A stretch of 64,000 nt of DNA from an uncultured Mycoplasmatota bacterium (GCA_900553835.1 USFF01000001.1:1568-65567), one strand, 5' to 3'; numbered from the stretch's first letter, positions 27,959 to 40,075 are shown. Made by a program: numbers and translations. Notes: generated by a model not told the origin, from the sequence alone.

Positions 27959-28669
27959 ATGTTAAAAGATATGTATGATGAAAGAGGAATTTTAAAACCA
28001 GAATACACAATGACAGAATCAGAAAGAAAAGCACAATTATTTAATAATAATAAGTTAATACTTCCAGATTATATGAATGAACCACAACCAAAAGTAGATG
28101 TGCAATCTTTAATGATTAAAGAAAAATTAAATAAAAGCTTAAAACAAATGCAAGAAGATGTTTTGAAAAATAAAATATCTTTAAAGAAATTTGAGAAATA
28201 TTATACTTTAATTAAAAATGGAGTTGCAACTGGACTTTTAGATAATGCCTTAACTTATGCTTTAACTTTATCAGATGCAGTAGTTTTAACTATGTTAACA
28301 GACAATGATGAGGAAAAATATTATACATACATGAAAGATTTAGAAGATATTATTGCAAATGAAATTCGTAAATCATTAGGAGCTGATGTACTAATATTAG
28401 AAAATCGTTTAAATGGAATGTTGAAAACAATAAATCAATATGTTGTGACATTAAAACAATATTATGCTTTTTGTGAGACTTTGCAATATGCAATGATGGC
28501 AAAAATTGAAGGTATAAATTATTTGGAATGTGCAAAAGCTTTGCAAAATGCAAAAATAGAATCACCTAAAGCGTATGATGAGTACATTAAATTACATAAT
28601 TTTAAAAAGAAAATAGCATCAATTGTATCACAATTAGAACAACCTGAAAAAGGTAAATCAAGAAAATAA
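27959..28669 (+). CDS. hypothetical protein (236 aa), helical-looking
   Basis: Good TATAAT and GAGGTG signals. No recognisable motif. Confidence 0.5.
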   Translation: MLKDMYDERGILKPEYTMTESERKAQLFNNNKLILPDYMNEPQPKVDVQSLMIKEKLNKSLKQMQEDVLKNKISLKKFEKYYTLIKNGVATGLLDNALTYALTLSDAVVLTMLTDNDEEKYYTYMKDLEDIIANEIRKSLGADVLILENRLNGMLKTINQYVVTLKQYYAFCETLQYAMMAKIEGINYLECAKALQNAKIESPKAYDEYIKLHNFKKKIASIVSQLEQPEKGKSRK

Positions 28670-28689
28670 ATATAGATGGTTATGAATAA

Positions 28690-30126
28690 TTATAGTTCGT
28701 AATCATCTTCTTTTTTCGTTTCATAATAATCAAAATCCGTTTCATTTTCTAGTTTTTGAATAGATGTTGTAATATATTCTTTATCTTCATCACTGAAGAT
28801 TTCATTATTTGACATATCAATTATAACGTCGCCATAAATTGAATCTTTTTCTTTATTGCTATATAATTTTTTAATAAGAAAATCTAATAATTTTTTCCAT
28901 GCTTCTTTTAGTTTTTCAATAATTTCATTTAAGGTAGATATTGTAGAATTTAATGTTTCTATATCAAGTTTTAATCCTTCAATCTTTTTTTGTTTTTTCT
29001 GGATAGTATTATCTTTATCTTTTATGCTAGATTCTAATTCTTGAATTTTCTCATCTTTTTCATCAATAGTATCTTCTAATTCATCAATTTGGTTATAATG
29101 ATTATTTAAAGCATTTTCAAAATTTTCCATAAGATTTGTAAGGTCATTAACACTTTTAATTTCATTAACATTACTATCAACATTTTCTATATATTCATTA
29201 ATGGTATTGATATCATTATCACTGATTAGATAATTATTTTTAATAAGTTTTGTGGGTTTTAAATTATTAACAATTTCTTTGACTTGCTTAGATTTTTCTA
29301 AAGTTTTCTTTGTTGATTCATTAACTTTTTCTAATCTTTGTTTATTTTTATCAGCTTGTCTTTTTAGTTTGCCATATTTTTTATCCATATCTCTAGACGC
29401 AATATCATACCCACGACCATCTTCTTTATTTTCTAATTGTTTATTGGTATTATAAATTTTATTAAAACTATTTATACAATTAAGTCTCATAGCATCTTGT
29501 ATCATTCTTAGAGAATCTTTTGTAAATATGGTGGATTTGCCAACTTGTTTTTCCATACCATTTTTATTTCCATTTTTAACAGGAACTCCAACAATATGAA
29601 GATGTGGACTCGATTCATCATAATGGATCGTAGCATTTGCTATTTTAAAAGACGGAGCAACTCTTTCTAATTCATTGATTTGTTCTATGAAAACACCAGT
29701 CATTTTTCTTCTGTATTTTTCAGTTTTTCTCTTCCAAAAAGACATTTTTCCAAGTTCAATAATAATCTCACAAGCTAAATCAGTTTTCTCATTTTTAGAA
29801 ATGTGTTCAAAATAATTTTCAATTTTTCTATCATTTCTAGTTTGATTTTCATTGTATTTAATTCTTGCATCATCAAATTCTTTTATGTATAAATTTACTA
29901 CATCTTTATACAAATCATTTGTTCCGCGGAGTATTTCTATTTTCTCTTGATTATTATCATATTTTCTTAAATTATGATTATTTGCTCTTGATAGTTGATT
30001 AGCATTTTGAATAGCATTATTATTAAATACTTTATCTACAACTTTACCATCTTTAATAGTTTGTCTAGATTTTTTACTTTTGTTTTTATCATTTCCTATA
30101 TGAAATGAATAAGATAATTTGCCCAA
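28690..30126 (-). CDS. MobV-family (Mob/Pre) relaxase
   Basis: HN.R motif (NHNLRK) and HxDExxPHxH motif (HYDESSPHLHIVGVP), with a coiled-coil C-terminus. TTG start behind AGGAGG. Confidence 0.8.
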   Translation of the reverse strand: MGKLSYSFHIGNDKNKSKKSRQTIKDGKVVDKVFNNNAIQNANQLSRANNHNLRKYDNNQEKIEILRGTNDLYKDVVNLYIKEFDDARIKYNENQTRNDRKIENYFEHISKNEKTDLACEIIIELGKMSFWKRKTEKYRRKMTGVFIEQINELERVAPSFKIANATIHYDESSPHLHIVGVPVKNGNKNGMEKQVGKSTIFTKDSLRMIQDAMRLNCINSFNKIYNTNKQLENKEDGRGYDIASRDMDKKYGKLKRQADKNKQRLEKVNESTKKTLEKSKQVKEIVNNLKPTKLIKNNYLISDNDINTINEYIENVDSNVNEIKSVNDLTNLMENFENALNNHYNQIDELEDTIDEKDEKIQELESSIKDKDNTIQKKQKKIEGLKLDIETLNSTISTLNEIIEKLKEAWKKLLDFLIKKLYSNKEKDSIYGDVIIDMSNNEIFSDEDKEYITTSIQKLENETDFDYYETKKEDDYEL

Positions 30127-30729
30127 AAATTTCCTCCTTTCTGCTAGGTTTATTTTAGAGATATTTTTGATATTATACTCACTATTTGGGAGTAGAATTT
30201 CAATGTCAAAATTTCTAACTCCCTATATATTTTGACGTACTACATCAAAATATGGGAGCTAAGGTTAAAGCCACCTTAGAATCCGCTTGTCTTATTCGTA
30301 ATATTCCAAAACGATGTAATGGAATACAACTACATAAGACTAACGATAAATAACAAATACTATTTATTATTTATCTTTTGAAAATTATTCAAATATTGCA
30401 AACTAGGTAAGCAATTATTTTCATAATTTTGTTATACAAACTATCGCCACTTTCATGAGTAAACTCACAAAATGTGCCACGTTTGTTATTACTTTTTTTA
30501 GAAAAAAGTAAACGAAAAACTTTGAAATTTTGCCATCTCAAAGTCTATTCTTCTTCTTTTTCTTTATATTCTAATAATAAATTATTACATTGTTGTTCTA
30601 TTATTTTTGGTATAAATTCTTTAACTGCTTCTTTATCATTATTAAAATATTCTAATAATTGTGGTATTAAAAATTTAAAAAAATAATTTATATTATCACC
30701 CCCTTAACCAATAAAAAAATTGAGATAGT

Positions 30730-32493
<1,764 letters not shown>

Positions 32494-32801
32494 TTAAAAT
32501 GCAACAAAAAACACAAGAGAGATTTCCCTTGTGTTTAACAGATTATTCGCTAGTAAATTATCTAATTTTTACCTAGCATACACTATTTTATATGAAGTCG
32601 GTGCTAAAATCAATAGCGATTTTTGTTGCCTTTTTAGTGGTATTTTTAGTTGTGTGAAAATTAGTATTTTTCCTTTGTTTACTAGCGTTTTCTCATAAAA
32701 TAAACTTACAATACAACTATATCATCAGAAAAAAGAATTGTCTAGATAACTGTCAGTATAAATTTAGTCTACTTTTTGTCTACTTTTAGTATAATAATAG
32801 T

Positions 32802-33092
32802 CTATGATTTATTCATATTATTTAAAATATTAATAAATTTAGTAAAAGAAATAATTACATTATGATTAGGTAAATAAATCTTTTCATTATCATTGTAGAG
32901 TAGAGCAATTAATACATTATTGGAATTAGTTATTATAATTTTATGTGGTTCTTGTACACTAAGATTAGTTTTATCAAATTTAACAATATGACCAGATATA
33001 AATTCTATATTAAGATTTGTTGTACTAACTTTCATTTTTAGTTTATTTTGTATTTCACTTGGGAAATCTAAAGATTCTATGGTCGTTTTCAT
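32802..33092 (-). CDS. small conserved element protein (96 aa), paralogue of 48371-48640
   Basis: It aligns by eye with the 89-aa protein (M.T.IE...SE....K..M ... G.I......TN.....PH..I). It holds the same position between the recombinase and the tRNA. Confidence 0.5.
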   Translation of the reverse strand: MKTTIESLDFPSEIQNKLKMKVSTTNLNIEFISGHIVKFDKTNLSVQEPHKIIITNSNNVLIALLYNDNEKIYLPNHNVIISFTKFINILNNMNKS

Positions 33093-33257
33093 AATTAATT
33101 CATCAACTCCTTTACACAATGAAAAAAGCCCATAATATCAAATACTATGAACTTGTTTATTTTATCTAAATTAATCTATATACTTTCCAAGCTGAGACGG
33201 GGGAAAGTAATAAAAAAAACCACACACTCATATAAAGTGTGCGAGTATTAACCTCAA

Positions 33258-33332
33258 TGGAGCAAGCGATGGGAATCGAACCCACGTCTCAGCCTTGGCA
33301 AGGCCACGTACTAGCCGTTGTACTACGCCTGC
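33258..33332 (-). tRNA. tRNA-Gly (GCC)
   Basis: A manual cloverleaf works: GCAGGCG acceptor, anticodon loop TTGCCAA, GTTCGATTC T-loop, encoded CCA. Terminator hairpin at about 33215-33245. Confidence 0.9.
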
Positions 33333-33455
33333 ATGCATATATATAATAACATACTTTAATATAAAAAATCAAGTGTAATATTTATGTAAAGTTTCACTAA
33401 AAAACTTTACATAATAAACAAACTATAGTAATATGGTTTTAGAGGGTAAGAGATT

Positions 33456-34217
33456 ATGGATAAAGAATTTGAAGATATCAAGAAATTATTTGAAGAAAGA
33501 GATGATAAGGCTTACATGGAAAGCATGGAAAGAGCTTGTCAAGAAGCAATTAATTCTAGAAAAGAAGAAAGAATTACTAGAAAAAAACAAATGCATGATA
33601 AATTTATTGGGACAAAAATAGTCGCAATTGTTTTAGGAGGTTTATTGCTAGTAGGTGGTGCTAAACTAATAACTGAAAAAGAAAGTAGTAATAATGACGT
33701 ACAAATAACAATGCTTAGTGATGATTTAAGTATGAAGGAATTAGGTAAAGAGATAGGATCACTTGTATATGTTAAAGGAGATAACTTTAATGAAAAATTT
33801 GATACTACTTTAAAAAGTATATTAAGTCAGTGTACATACAGAACAAGTGATAATGAGAGTTTTTATTATAGTCATACAGAAATAGCAAGAAAGATTTTAT
33901 CTTTAGACGAGGACTTAAGAGAATATGCTCTTTGTAGTGTTTTAAATGATATGGGATCATACAGAACAGCTGAATTTGAAAAAGGAAAAACTAATGCTGA
34001 CTATTTACTAAAAAACATATCTATGTTTGAAAGTGATAACGAAATAAAACTTTTAGATGGTACTACATCTTTAGAGGAGTACCTAAAAATGAAAGGTTTT
34101 GTTGACAAAGATGGAAATGCATCATTTGAAATGTTTGTAGAAAAAGAAAATCAAAATGCTCCAATTATTAAAGAAATAGTTGAAAGTTTAATGGAAAGTA
34201 AAGGTGTTAGAAGATGA
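33456..34217 (+). CDS. hypothetical membrane-anchored protein
   Basis: A charged N-terminus, one TM helix (IVAIVLGGLLLVGGA) and an extracytoplasmic domain. Confidence 0.5.
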   Translation: MDKEFEDIKKLFEERDDKAYMESMERACQEAINSRKEERITRKKQMHDKFIGTKIVAIVLGGLLLVGGAKLITEKESSNNDVQITMLSDDLSMKELGKEIGSLVYVKGDNFNEKFDTTLKSILSQCTYRTSDNESFYYSHTEIARKILSLDEDLREYALCSVLNDMGSYRTAEFEKGKTNADYLLKNISMFESDNEIKLLDGTTSLEEYLKMKGFVDKDGNASFEMFVEKENQNAPIIKEIVESLMESKGVRR

Positions 34218-34456
34218 GTGAATATAATGTAGCATCTTTAAATGGAAAAGATTATATAGAAGCAGATACTGTAAACTTTAGAGATAATACTTATGTATTT
34301 CTAGTAAATGAAAAAAATGAAAAAGATTTCCTAGTTAGGAAAATAACTAGTGAAGGAGATAAAACTTTTTATGAACCACTAGAAACTAAAGAAGAATTTG
34401 AAGTAGTAATGCTTATGTTTACTAAAAAACATAAAGAAGTAATAGAAAACATATAA
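34214..34456 (+). CDS. hypothetical small protein (80 aa)
   Basis: ATGA overlap with the upstream gene. Confidence 0.45.
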   Translation: MSEYNVASLNGKDYIEADTVNFRDNTYVFLVNEKNEKDFLVRKITSEGDKTFYEPLETKEEFEVVMLMFTKKHKEVIENI

Positions 34457-34537
34457 GGCTTATTGAAAAAATAAGTCTTTTTATTTATAGACTAATCTTA
34501 AGCTTTATTATATAATATTATTGTAGGATAGATAAGT

Positions 34538-35783
34538 ATGAAGAAAGTATTAATAATATTAGGAACATTTTTAATTTTAATAATTATTACAGGTGTATAT
34601 ATTTACTATAATGTAAAACCAGATATAAAGCTAAATGGTGGAGACATTATAATCTCTTATGGAGATATAAATATATAGAACTTGGAGTTAATGCTTTTAT
34701 ATTTAATAACGATATATCAAATGACATAAATGTAGATAACAAAGTCTCACTTAATAAAATAGGAGACTATAAAATTACATATTCAATAACAAATAAGTAT
34801 TTAAAAAATATTTCCACTATAAAAAGAAATATAAAAATAATTGATGATGAAAAACCTATAATAAATTTATTAGGAAAAACAGAACAAAAATATTATGTAA
34901 ATGATAAATACAAAGAAGAAGGATATACTGCCATAGATAACTATGATGGTGATATAACTGATAAAGTTACTATAGAAAACAAAGTTGATTTTACTAAAAA
35001 AGGTAACTATGAAATAATATATAAAGTTACAGATTCATCAGGTAATGAATGCACTGAAATAAGGAAAATAAAAGTAGAAGAAAAACCGGTACCTAAAGAA
35101 CCTATTTATCAAAACACTGGAACTGGCAGAGGGTTACCAATTTTAATGTACCATTACTTTTATGATAAAAGTAATGGAGAAATTGGAGAAAACAGCAATT
35201 ACATGGAAGTATCAGATTTTATAATCAAATGAAATACTTAAGTGAAAACAATTATTACTTTCCAACATGGGATGAAGTAGCTTCATTTATAGATGGTAAA
35301 CAAGTACTACCTGAAAAATCAGTAGTCATTACTATAGATGATGGACAATCATCAGTATTTGAATATGCTTATCCTATATTAGAAAAATATAATGTAAAAG
35401 CAACTGCCTTTATAATAACATCATGGAGTAGTGGTTTTAAAAATTACATGGGAGGATCATTAGAATTCCAAAGTCATACACATAACATGCACAGAGTTTT
35501 TTGCCCAGGTGGACATGGTGGTAAATTTAGATGTATTGACTATTCTGAAGGATTAGAAGACTTAAAAAAATCAGCAGAAATATTAGGAAAAAATGATGTA
35601 ATTGCTTATCCATATGGAGATGTCACAGATAATGTATTAAAAATAACTAAAGATGCTGGATATAAAATAGGACTAACTACAGTATATGGAAAAGCAAAGA
35701 AAGGTATGGATAGATATAGACTACCTAGAGTAAGAATGTATAACGGTATTACACTTAATTCATTCATAGAAAAAGTAAAATGA
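34538..35783 (+). pseudogene. polysaccharide deacetylase (NodB-domain) gene disrupted by at least two frame breaks
   Basis: The ATG at 34538 opens a TM helix and runs into TAG at about 34676. An Ig-like region continues in another frame to TGA at about 35230 (..LPILMYHYFYD..). The NodB domain (TIDDG, FQSHTHNMH) lies in the tracked ORF 35229-35783. Confidence 0.7.
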
Positions 35784-35867
35784 AACTTAAGAATAGTTCT
35801 TGAGTTTTTCTTTTGTATATATTATAATTAAATAGAAAGATATGAAGAGGAAAGGAGAATTCATATT

Positions 35868-35998
35868 TAGCGCCAGAGCCTTAAATGGTTGACGAGGATG
35901 GTAGTTATCGATAATTCGGCGGATGCTATCACGGATAAGTAATCGTTAGAAGTATTACAAAAAATAAAATCAAGATTATAACAAAAAATACTTCATAC
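35868..35998 (+). promoter_or_regulatory. glmS ribozyme/riboswitch
   Basis: AGCGCCAGA...GACGAGGATGG...TTCGGCGGATGC core. It lies directly upstream of glmS. Confidence 0.9.
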
Positions 35999-36024
35999 TA
36001 ATTTTTTAGTATGGAGGAATTTTT

Positions 36025-37767
36025 ATGTGTGGTATCATAGGATACATAGGAAAAAAACATAATGGTGTAGATGTAATTATAGATGGTCTAAAACACCTAG
36101 AATACAGGGGATATGATAGTAGTGGAATAGCTTTTATTGAGGATAATAAGGTAGTGATAAAAAAAGAAGTTGGTGGAATTACTAACTTAGAAAAGCTACT
36201 TGATAATAATAAAACTATGGTAGGTATAGGGCATACAAGATGGGCAACTCATGGTAAACCAACAAAAACAAATGCACATCCACATAAACAAGGGGTAATA
36301 ACTTTAGTACATAATGGAATAATTGAAAACTTTATGGATATAAAAGGTGAATTAATTAAAATTGGTTATACATTTAGTAGTGACACTGATACAGAAGTTG
36401 CAAGTGCTTATATAGATTATTTATATAAGGAAAATCATGATATGATAAAAGCTCTATCTTTAGCAAGTAAAAAGTTTATAGGTAGCTATGCTTTTGGCAT
36501 TATTAACGAAGATGAAAAGGATAAACTATATGCATTAAGAAAAGATAGTCCTTTAATAATAGGAATAGGAGAAAATGAAAACTTTATAGCTAGTGATGTA
36601 CCATCTATCTTAAAATACACTAATAAATATATAGATATAGATAATGATGAAGTAATAAAGCTTACAGAAAATATGCCAGAAGTTTATAATCTAGAATGTA
36701 AGAAAATAGATAAGCAAATCAATGAATTTGAGGGAGATTCTAGTTTGGTTGAAAAAAATGGTTATGAAACATATATGCTCAAAGAAATACATGAAGAAGC
36801 AGAGGTAATTAAAAAGACTAGTGAAGAAAATATAGATTTTGATTTAACTAAATATGATGAAATTGATATTGTTGCATGTGGAAGTGCTTATCACGCAGGT
36901 TTAATAGGAAAATATATGATAGAAAAACTTGTTAATAAAAAAGTTGATGTTTCAATTGCAAGTGAATATCAATATGATAAACATTTTTATAAGGGAAAGA
37001 CACTTTTAATAGCAATAAGTCAAAGTGGGGAAACTACAGATACTAAAAAATGTGTTACTATTGCAAATGAAAGTGGTATAGACTCGCTGGCTATAGTTAA
37101 TGTAAAAGGTAGTAGTATTGCAAGAATAAGTAAACATGTAATTTATACATTAGCAGGTCCAGAAATTGCAGTTGCAACTACAAAAGCTTATTTAGCACAG
37201 ATAACTACTTTAATTCTTTTAGCTATTAATAATAGTGGTAAAGAAATAAATAGAGAAGAGTTACAAAAATTACCTTACTATATAGAAAATTTAACAAGTA
37301 AAGACTATTTAACTCTTGCTAAAGAACTATATCAGAAAGATGATATTTATTTTATAGGAAGAGGAATAGATTATGCTCTTTGTATGGAAGGATCTTTAAA
37401 ATTAAAAGAAATAAGTTACATACATAGTGAAGCATATGCAGCAGGAGAGTTAAAACATGGAACTATTTCATTAATAAATGAAGGAACACCTGTAATAGTA
37501 GTAGCAACAAACGATTTATATTTAAAAACTATAAGTAATGCTAAAGAAGTTAAAGCAAGAGGAGCAAGAGTAATATTATTAACTAATAAAGAAGTAATAA
37601 ATGATGGAGTTTATGATGAAATAATAACAATTCCAAATGTAAAAGAAGAATTAACTCCAATTTTAGCAATTATTCCATTACAGCTATTAGCATATGAAAC
37701 AGCTAAATTAAGAGGAAATGATATAGATAAACCTAAGAATTTGGCTAAAAGTGTTACTGTGGAGTAG
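36025..37767 (+). CDS. glmS: glutamine--fructose-6-phosphate aminotransferase
   Basis: MCGIIGY N-terminal nucleophile, two SIS domains, and a C-terminal LAKSVTVE. Confidence 0.95.
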   Translation: MCGIIGYIGKKHNGVDVIIDGLKHLEYRGYDSSGIAFIEDNKVVIKKEVGGITNLEKLLDNNKTMVGIGHTRWATHGKPTKTNAHPHKQGVITLVHNGIIENFMDIKGELIKIGYTFSSDTDTEVASAYIDYLYKENHDMIKALSLASKKFIGSYAFGIINEDEKDKLYALRKDSPLIIGIGENENFIASDVPSILKYTNKYIDIDNDEVIKLTENMPEVYNLECKKIDKQINEFEGDSSLVEKNGYETYMLKEIHEEAEVIKKTSEENIDFDLTKYDEIDIVACGSAYHAGLIGKYMIEKLVNKKVDVSIASEYQYDKHFYKGKTLLIAISQSGETTDTKKCVTIANESGIDSLAIVNVKGSSIARISKHVIYTLAGPEIAVATTKAYLAQITTLILLAINNSGKEINREELQKLPYYIENLTSKDYLTLAKELYQKDDIYFIGRGIDYALCMEGSLKLKEISYIHSEAYAAGELKHGTISLINEGTPVIVVATNDLYLKTISNAKEVKARGARVILLTNKEVINDGVYDEIITIPNVKEELTPILAIIPLQLLAYETAKLRGNDIDKPKNLAKSVTVE

Positions 37768-37770
37768 TTA

Positions 37771-38499
37771 ATGTTAAAACTTTTATTTAGTAAGGAATAT
37801 ATCTTTTTATGGATATTAGTTATTTTAATTACTGTTTTTGAAAAGAAGGTTATTGGCTTTTTTGGAGAATTATGGGTTAGATTTGAATTAAAAAAACTTG
37901 GAAAGAACTATAAAGTTCTAAATAACGTTATAGTTAGAACTGAAGATAACAGTACTCATCAAATTGATCATGTTATTATTTCTAAGTATGGTATATTTGT
38001 CATAGAAACTAAACAAATAAATGGATACATAAAAGGAAATGATTATGATAAGAATTGGACTATTAAGCGAGGTAAAAATACTTACTTCATTCATAATCCA
38101 ATACATCAAAATTATGGACATGTAAAAGCACTTTCAAAAGTCTTAAATATTGATGAAAATAAATTTATTCCATTAGTATGCATTTCTAGTCAAGCTAAAA
38201 TTAAGGTAAATTCAAGTAATGTATTTAAACTATTTAATTTAGTAAGTCAAATTAAGCAATATAAAGAAGAAATACTTTCAAATTATGAAGAAGTTTATAG
38301 CTTTTTAGTTAATAGAAATATTAAAGGCTATAGTAATTCTAGGATGCATGTTAAGAATGTAAAACAAATTAAAAAGGTTAGAACTAATGAATTAAATAAT
38401 AAATGTCCACTTTGTGGTGGAGAACTTATTAAAAGGCAAAGTAAATATGGAAGTTTTATAGGATGTTCTAATTATCCTAGGTGTAAATTTAAAAAATAA
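37771..38499 (+). CDS. NERD-domain protein with a C-terminal topoisomerase-type zinc ribbon
   Basis: HQIDHVIISKYGIFVIETK NERD core and CPLCGG...CSNYPRC. Confidence 0.8.
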   Translation: MLKLLFSKEYIFLWILVILITVFEKKVIGFFGELWVRFELKKLGKNYKVLNNVIVRTEDNSTHQIDHVIISKYGIFVIETKQINGYIKGNDYDKNWTIKRGKNTYFIHNPIHQNYGHVKALSKVLNIDENKFIPLVCISSQAKIKVNSSNVFKLFNLVSQIKQYKEEILSNYEEVYSFLVNRNIKGYSNSRMHVKNVKQIKKVRTNELNNKCPLCGGELIKRQSKYGSFIGCSNYPRCKFKK

Positions 38500-38599
38500 T
38501 GAAAGTCTCTAATATATAGGGACTTTTCTAATTAATTTTAAAAATTGATGTAATTTTAAGAAAAAGTATAGTATAATGTTATTTAAGAAGGTGGTTTAC

Positions 38600-38899
38600 A
38601 TGTTTAAAACTATTATTATTTTTGTAGGCTTTCTAACATTTTGTTATATTAATAGAGATAAAGCTTTAAAAGATTATAAAGAAAAACCAAAAAATGATAA
38701 ACCTAAAAAAGAAAATCATTCTCCATATTCAGAAGAAGAAATGGACAAATGGTTTTTAAAGGAGTGGCAGAAAGACCTCGTAAGACAAGGAAGATTTGCA
38801 CCCTGGAGTTTTAAAAAGAAATCAACTAGACATGAACCACTAAGTGATGGACAATATCATAAAGATGATGATGTGGGCAAGATAGAGGAGGATTACTGA
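38600..38899 (+). CDS. hypothetical small membrane-anchored, Lys/Asp-rich protein
   Basis: AAGGTGG Shine-Dalgarno and one N-terminal TM helix. Confidence 0.4.
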   Translation: MFKTIIIFVGFLTFCYINRDKALKDYKEKPKNDKPKKENHSPYSEEEMDKWFLKEWQKDLVRQGRFAPWSFKKKSTRHEPLSDGQYHKDDDVGKIEEDY

Positions 38900-38956
38900 A
38901 AAAGATTGCATTGTATAATAAAAAGAAAATGTAAAATTAGAATTGGTAAACTAAAA

Positions 38957-38977
38957 AGGATAAGCAGAACTTATCCT
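38957..38977 (-). terminator. intrinsic terminator of the collagen-like operon
   Basis: AGGATAAG-CAGAA-CTTATCCT stem with a T-run on the minus strand, abutting the stop codon. Confidence 0.6.
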
Positions 38978-40066
38978 TTATTCAATTTTTAAAATATTTA
39001 AGTATGATATAGTATCTTCTCCAGGGGTTAAAGTAATATTAGTGCTTGATGAAACTGCCATATCTATTTTATCATTAATATTTAAACTCACTATTATGGA
39101 GCCATTAAATGAAACATATTCCGCAGTTGAAACTTGTTTAGTAATTTTACTACCATTAATAGTTCGATTTTCTTTTCTTAATTCTAAGGATATGTCAGCA
39201 TTATTAGTGGTTTGACCACTAAAATAATAATCTATTTTATACATACCTTGTTTATTTATTTTAATAGTATTTGTAAATGATGTATCTACTTCTTTAGAGG
39301 CTGATATGTTTCCTAATTCCACTTGATTTGGAGTATTTGCTGTTAATGTATAGGAATTACCATTATTTTCATAAAGAGAAGCATATGCTTCTAAAATTGC
39401 ACTACCGGTATCTCCCTTACTACCAGGAGGACCAGCAGGTCCAGTATTACCTCTTGGTATTAAAAATGTTAAATTATGTGTATTATTGGAAAAGTCATCT
39501 GTAACACTAGCATTTAGCCCCGGATTAATAGTTCTAGTTTCAGATATATTTACTTTTTCTCCTATACCATCATTTCCCTTATCTCCTTTAGGTATTGAAA
39601 ATGTTAAATTATGTGTATTATTAGTAAAATTATCTGTAACACTAGCATTAGAACCCGGATCAATTGTTCTAGTTTCTACTACCGTTATTTTTTCACTTTC
39701 TCCAGTATCACCCTTAGGGCCCATATCACCTTTAGGTCCAACATCACCATCAGCGCCATCAAAGCCTTGAGGAATGTAGAAATCTAAAGTGTGAATATTA
39801 TTAACATAGTTATCTACAACTCTTGCTCTTGCATTAGCATCTAATGTTTCTGTTTTACCAATTGTTATTTTATCCCCATCTTTACCTCTTGGAATAGCAA
39901 ATTCTAAAATAGCATTCTCTTTAGTACCCACATTTTTAACACTTGCATCTTGAAAAGGATAAAGAGTAGTAGTTTTACCTACTTCTATAGTAGAAGAGCC
40001 ATCTTTTCCTTTTGGTCCTCTTATATAGCAATATTTATATTGTTGACATGTACACTTTTTATTCAT
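38978..40066 (-). CDS. collagen-like repeat protein with a BclA/C1q-like C-terminal domain
   Basis: Cys-rich N-terminus. Short GXY runs (GPKGKDG, GADGDVGPKGDMGPKGDTG, GNTGPAGPPGSKGDTG) alternate with four ~45-aa beta-type modules. The C-terminal ~140 aa resemble the BclA jelly-roll head. Confidence 0.7.
   Translation of the reverse strand: MNKKCTCQQYKYCYIRGPKGKDGSSTIEVGKTTTLYPFQDASVKNVGTKENAILEFAIPRGKDGDKITIGKTETLDANARARVVDNYVNNIHTLDFYIPQGFDGADGDVGPKGDMGPKGDTGESEKITVVETRTIDPGSNASVTDNFTNNTHNLTFSIPKGDKGNDGIGEKVNISETRTINPGLNASVTDDFSNNTHNLTFLIPRGNTGPAGPPGSKGDTGSAILEAYASLYENNGNSYTLTANTPNQVELGNISASKEVDTSFTNTIKINKQGMYKIDYYFSGQTTNNADISLELRKENRTINGSKITKQVSTAEYVSFNGSIIVSLNINDKIDMAVSSSTNITLTPGEDTISYLNILKIE
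39456..39685. repeat. 135-bp-period tandem repeat inside the collagen-like gene
   Basis: GGTATT(A/G)AAAATGTTAAATTATGTGTATTATT... recurs at 39456 and 39591 with high identity. It encodes 45-aa modules. Confidence 0.75.
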
Positions 40067-40075
40067 AAAGCCTCC

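Noticed and set aside
30474-30686. 70-aa plus-strand ORF in the 600-bp gap between relaxase and recombinase of the first element; also an open minus-strand frame (..INYFFKFLIPQLLEYFNNDKEAVKEF..) in the same stretch
   Set aside because: The plus-strand ORF has no Shine-Dalgarno and a low-complexity product. The minus-strand frame has no plausible start codon after the upstream TAA. The region is more likely regulatory or oriT DNA, or a decayed gene.
33384-33413. Perfect 10-bp inverted repeat ATGTAAAGTT-N10-AACTTTACAT between tRNA-Gly and the next gene, considered as an operator
   Set aside because: It could equally be a chance palindrome in AT-rich promoter DNA shared by the tRNA and the divergent gene. 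No cognate regulator is evident.
33433-33621. 62-aa ORF overlapping the start of 33456-34217
   Set aside because: It is out of frame with and largely contained in the longer ORF, which has the better-placed Shine-Dalgarno (GAGGGTAAGAG).
39486-39770. 94-aa plus-strand ORF rich in SP(L/I)GP repeats; similar ORFs at 43338-43691 and 42882-43256
   Set aside because: These are mirror-image frames of the collagen-like G-X-Y genes on the minus strand. The Pro/Ser/Leu repeats are the antisense reading of GXY codons, and the minus-strand genes have strong Shine-Dalgarno sequences and recognisable domains.
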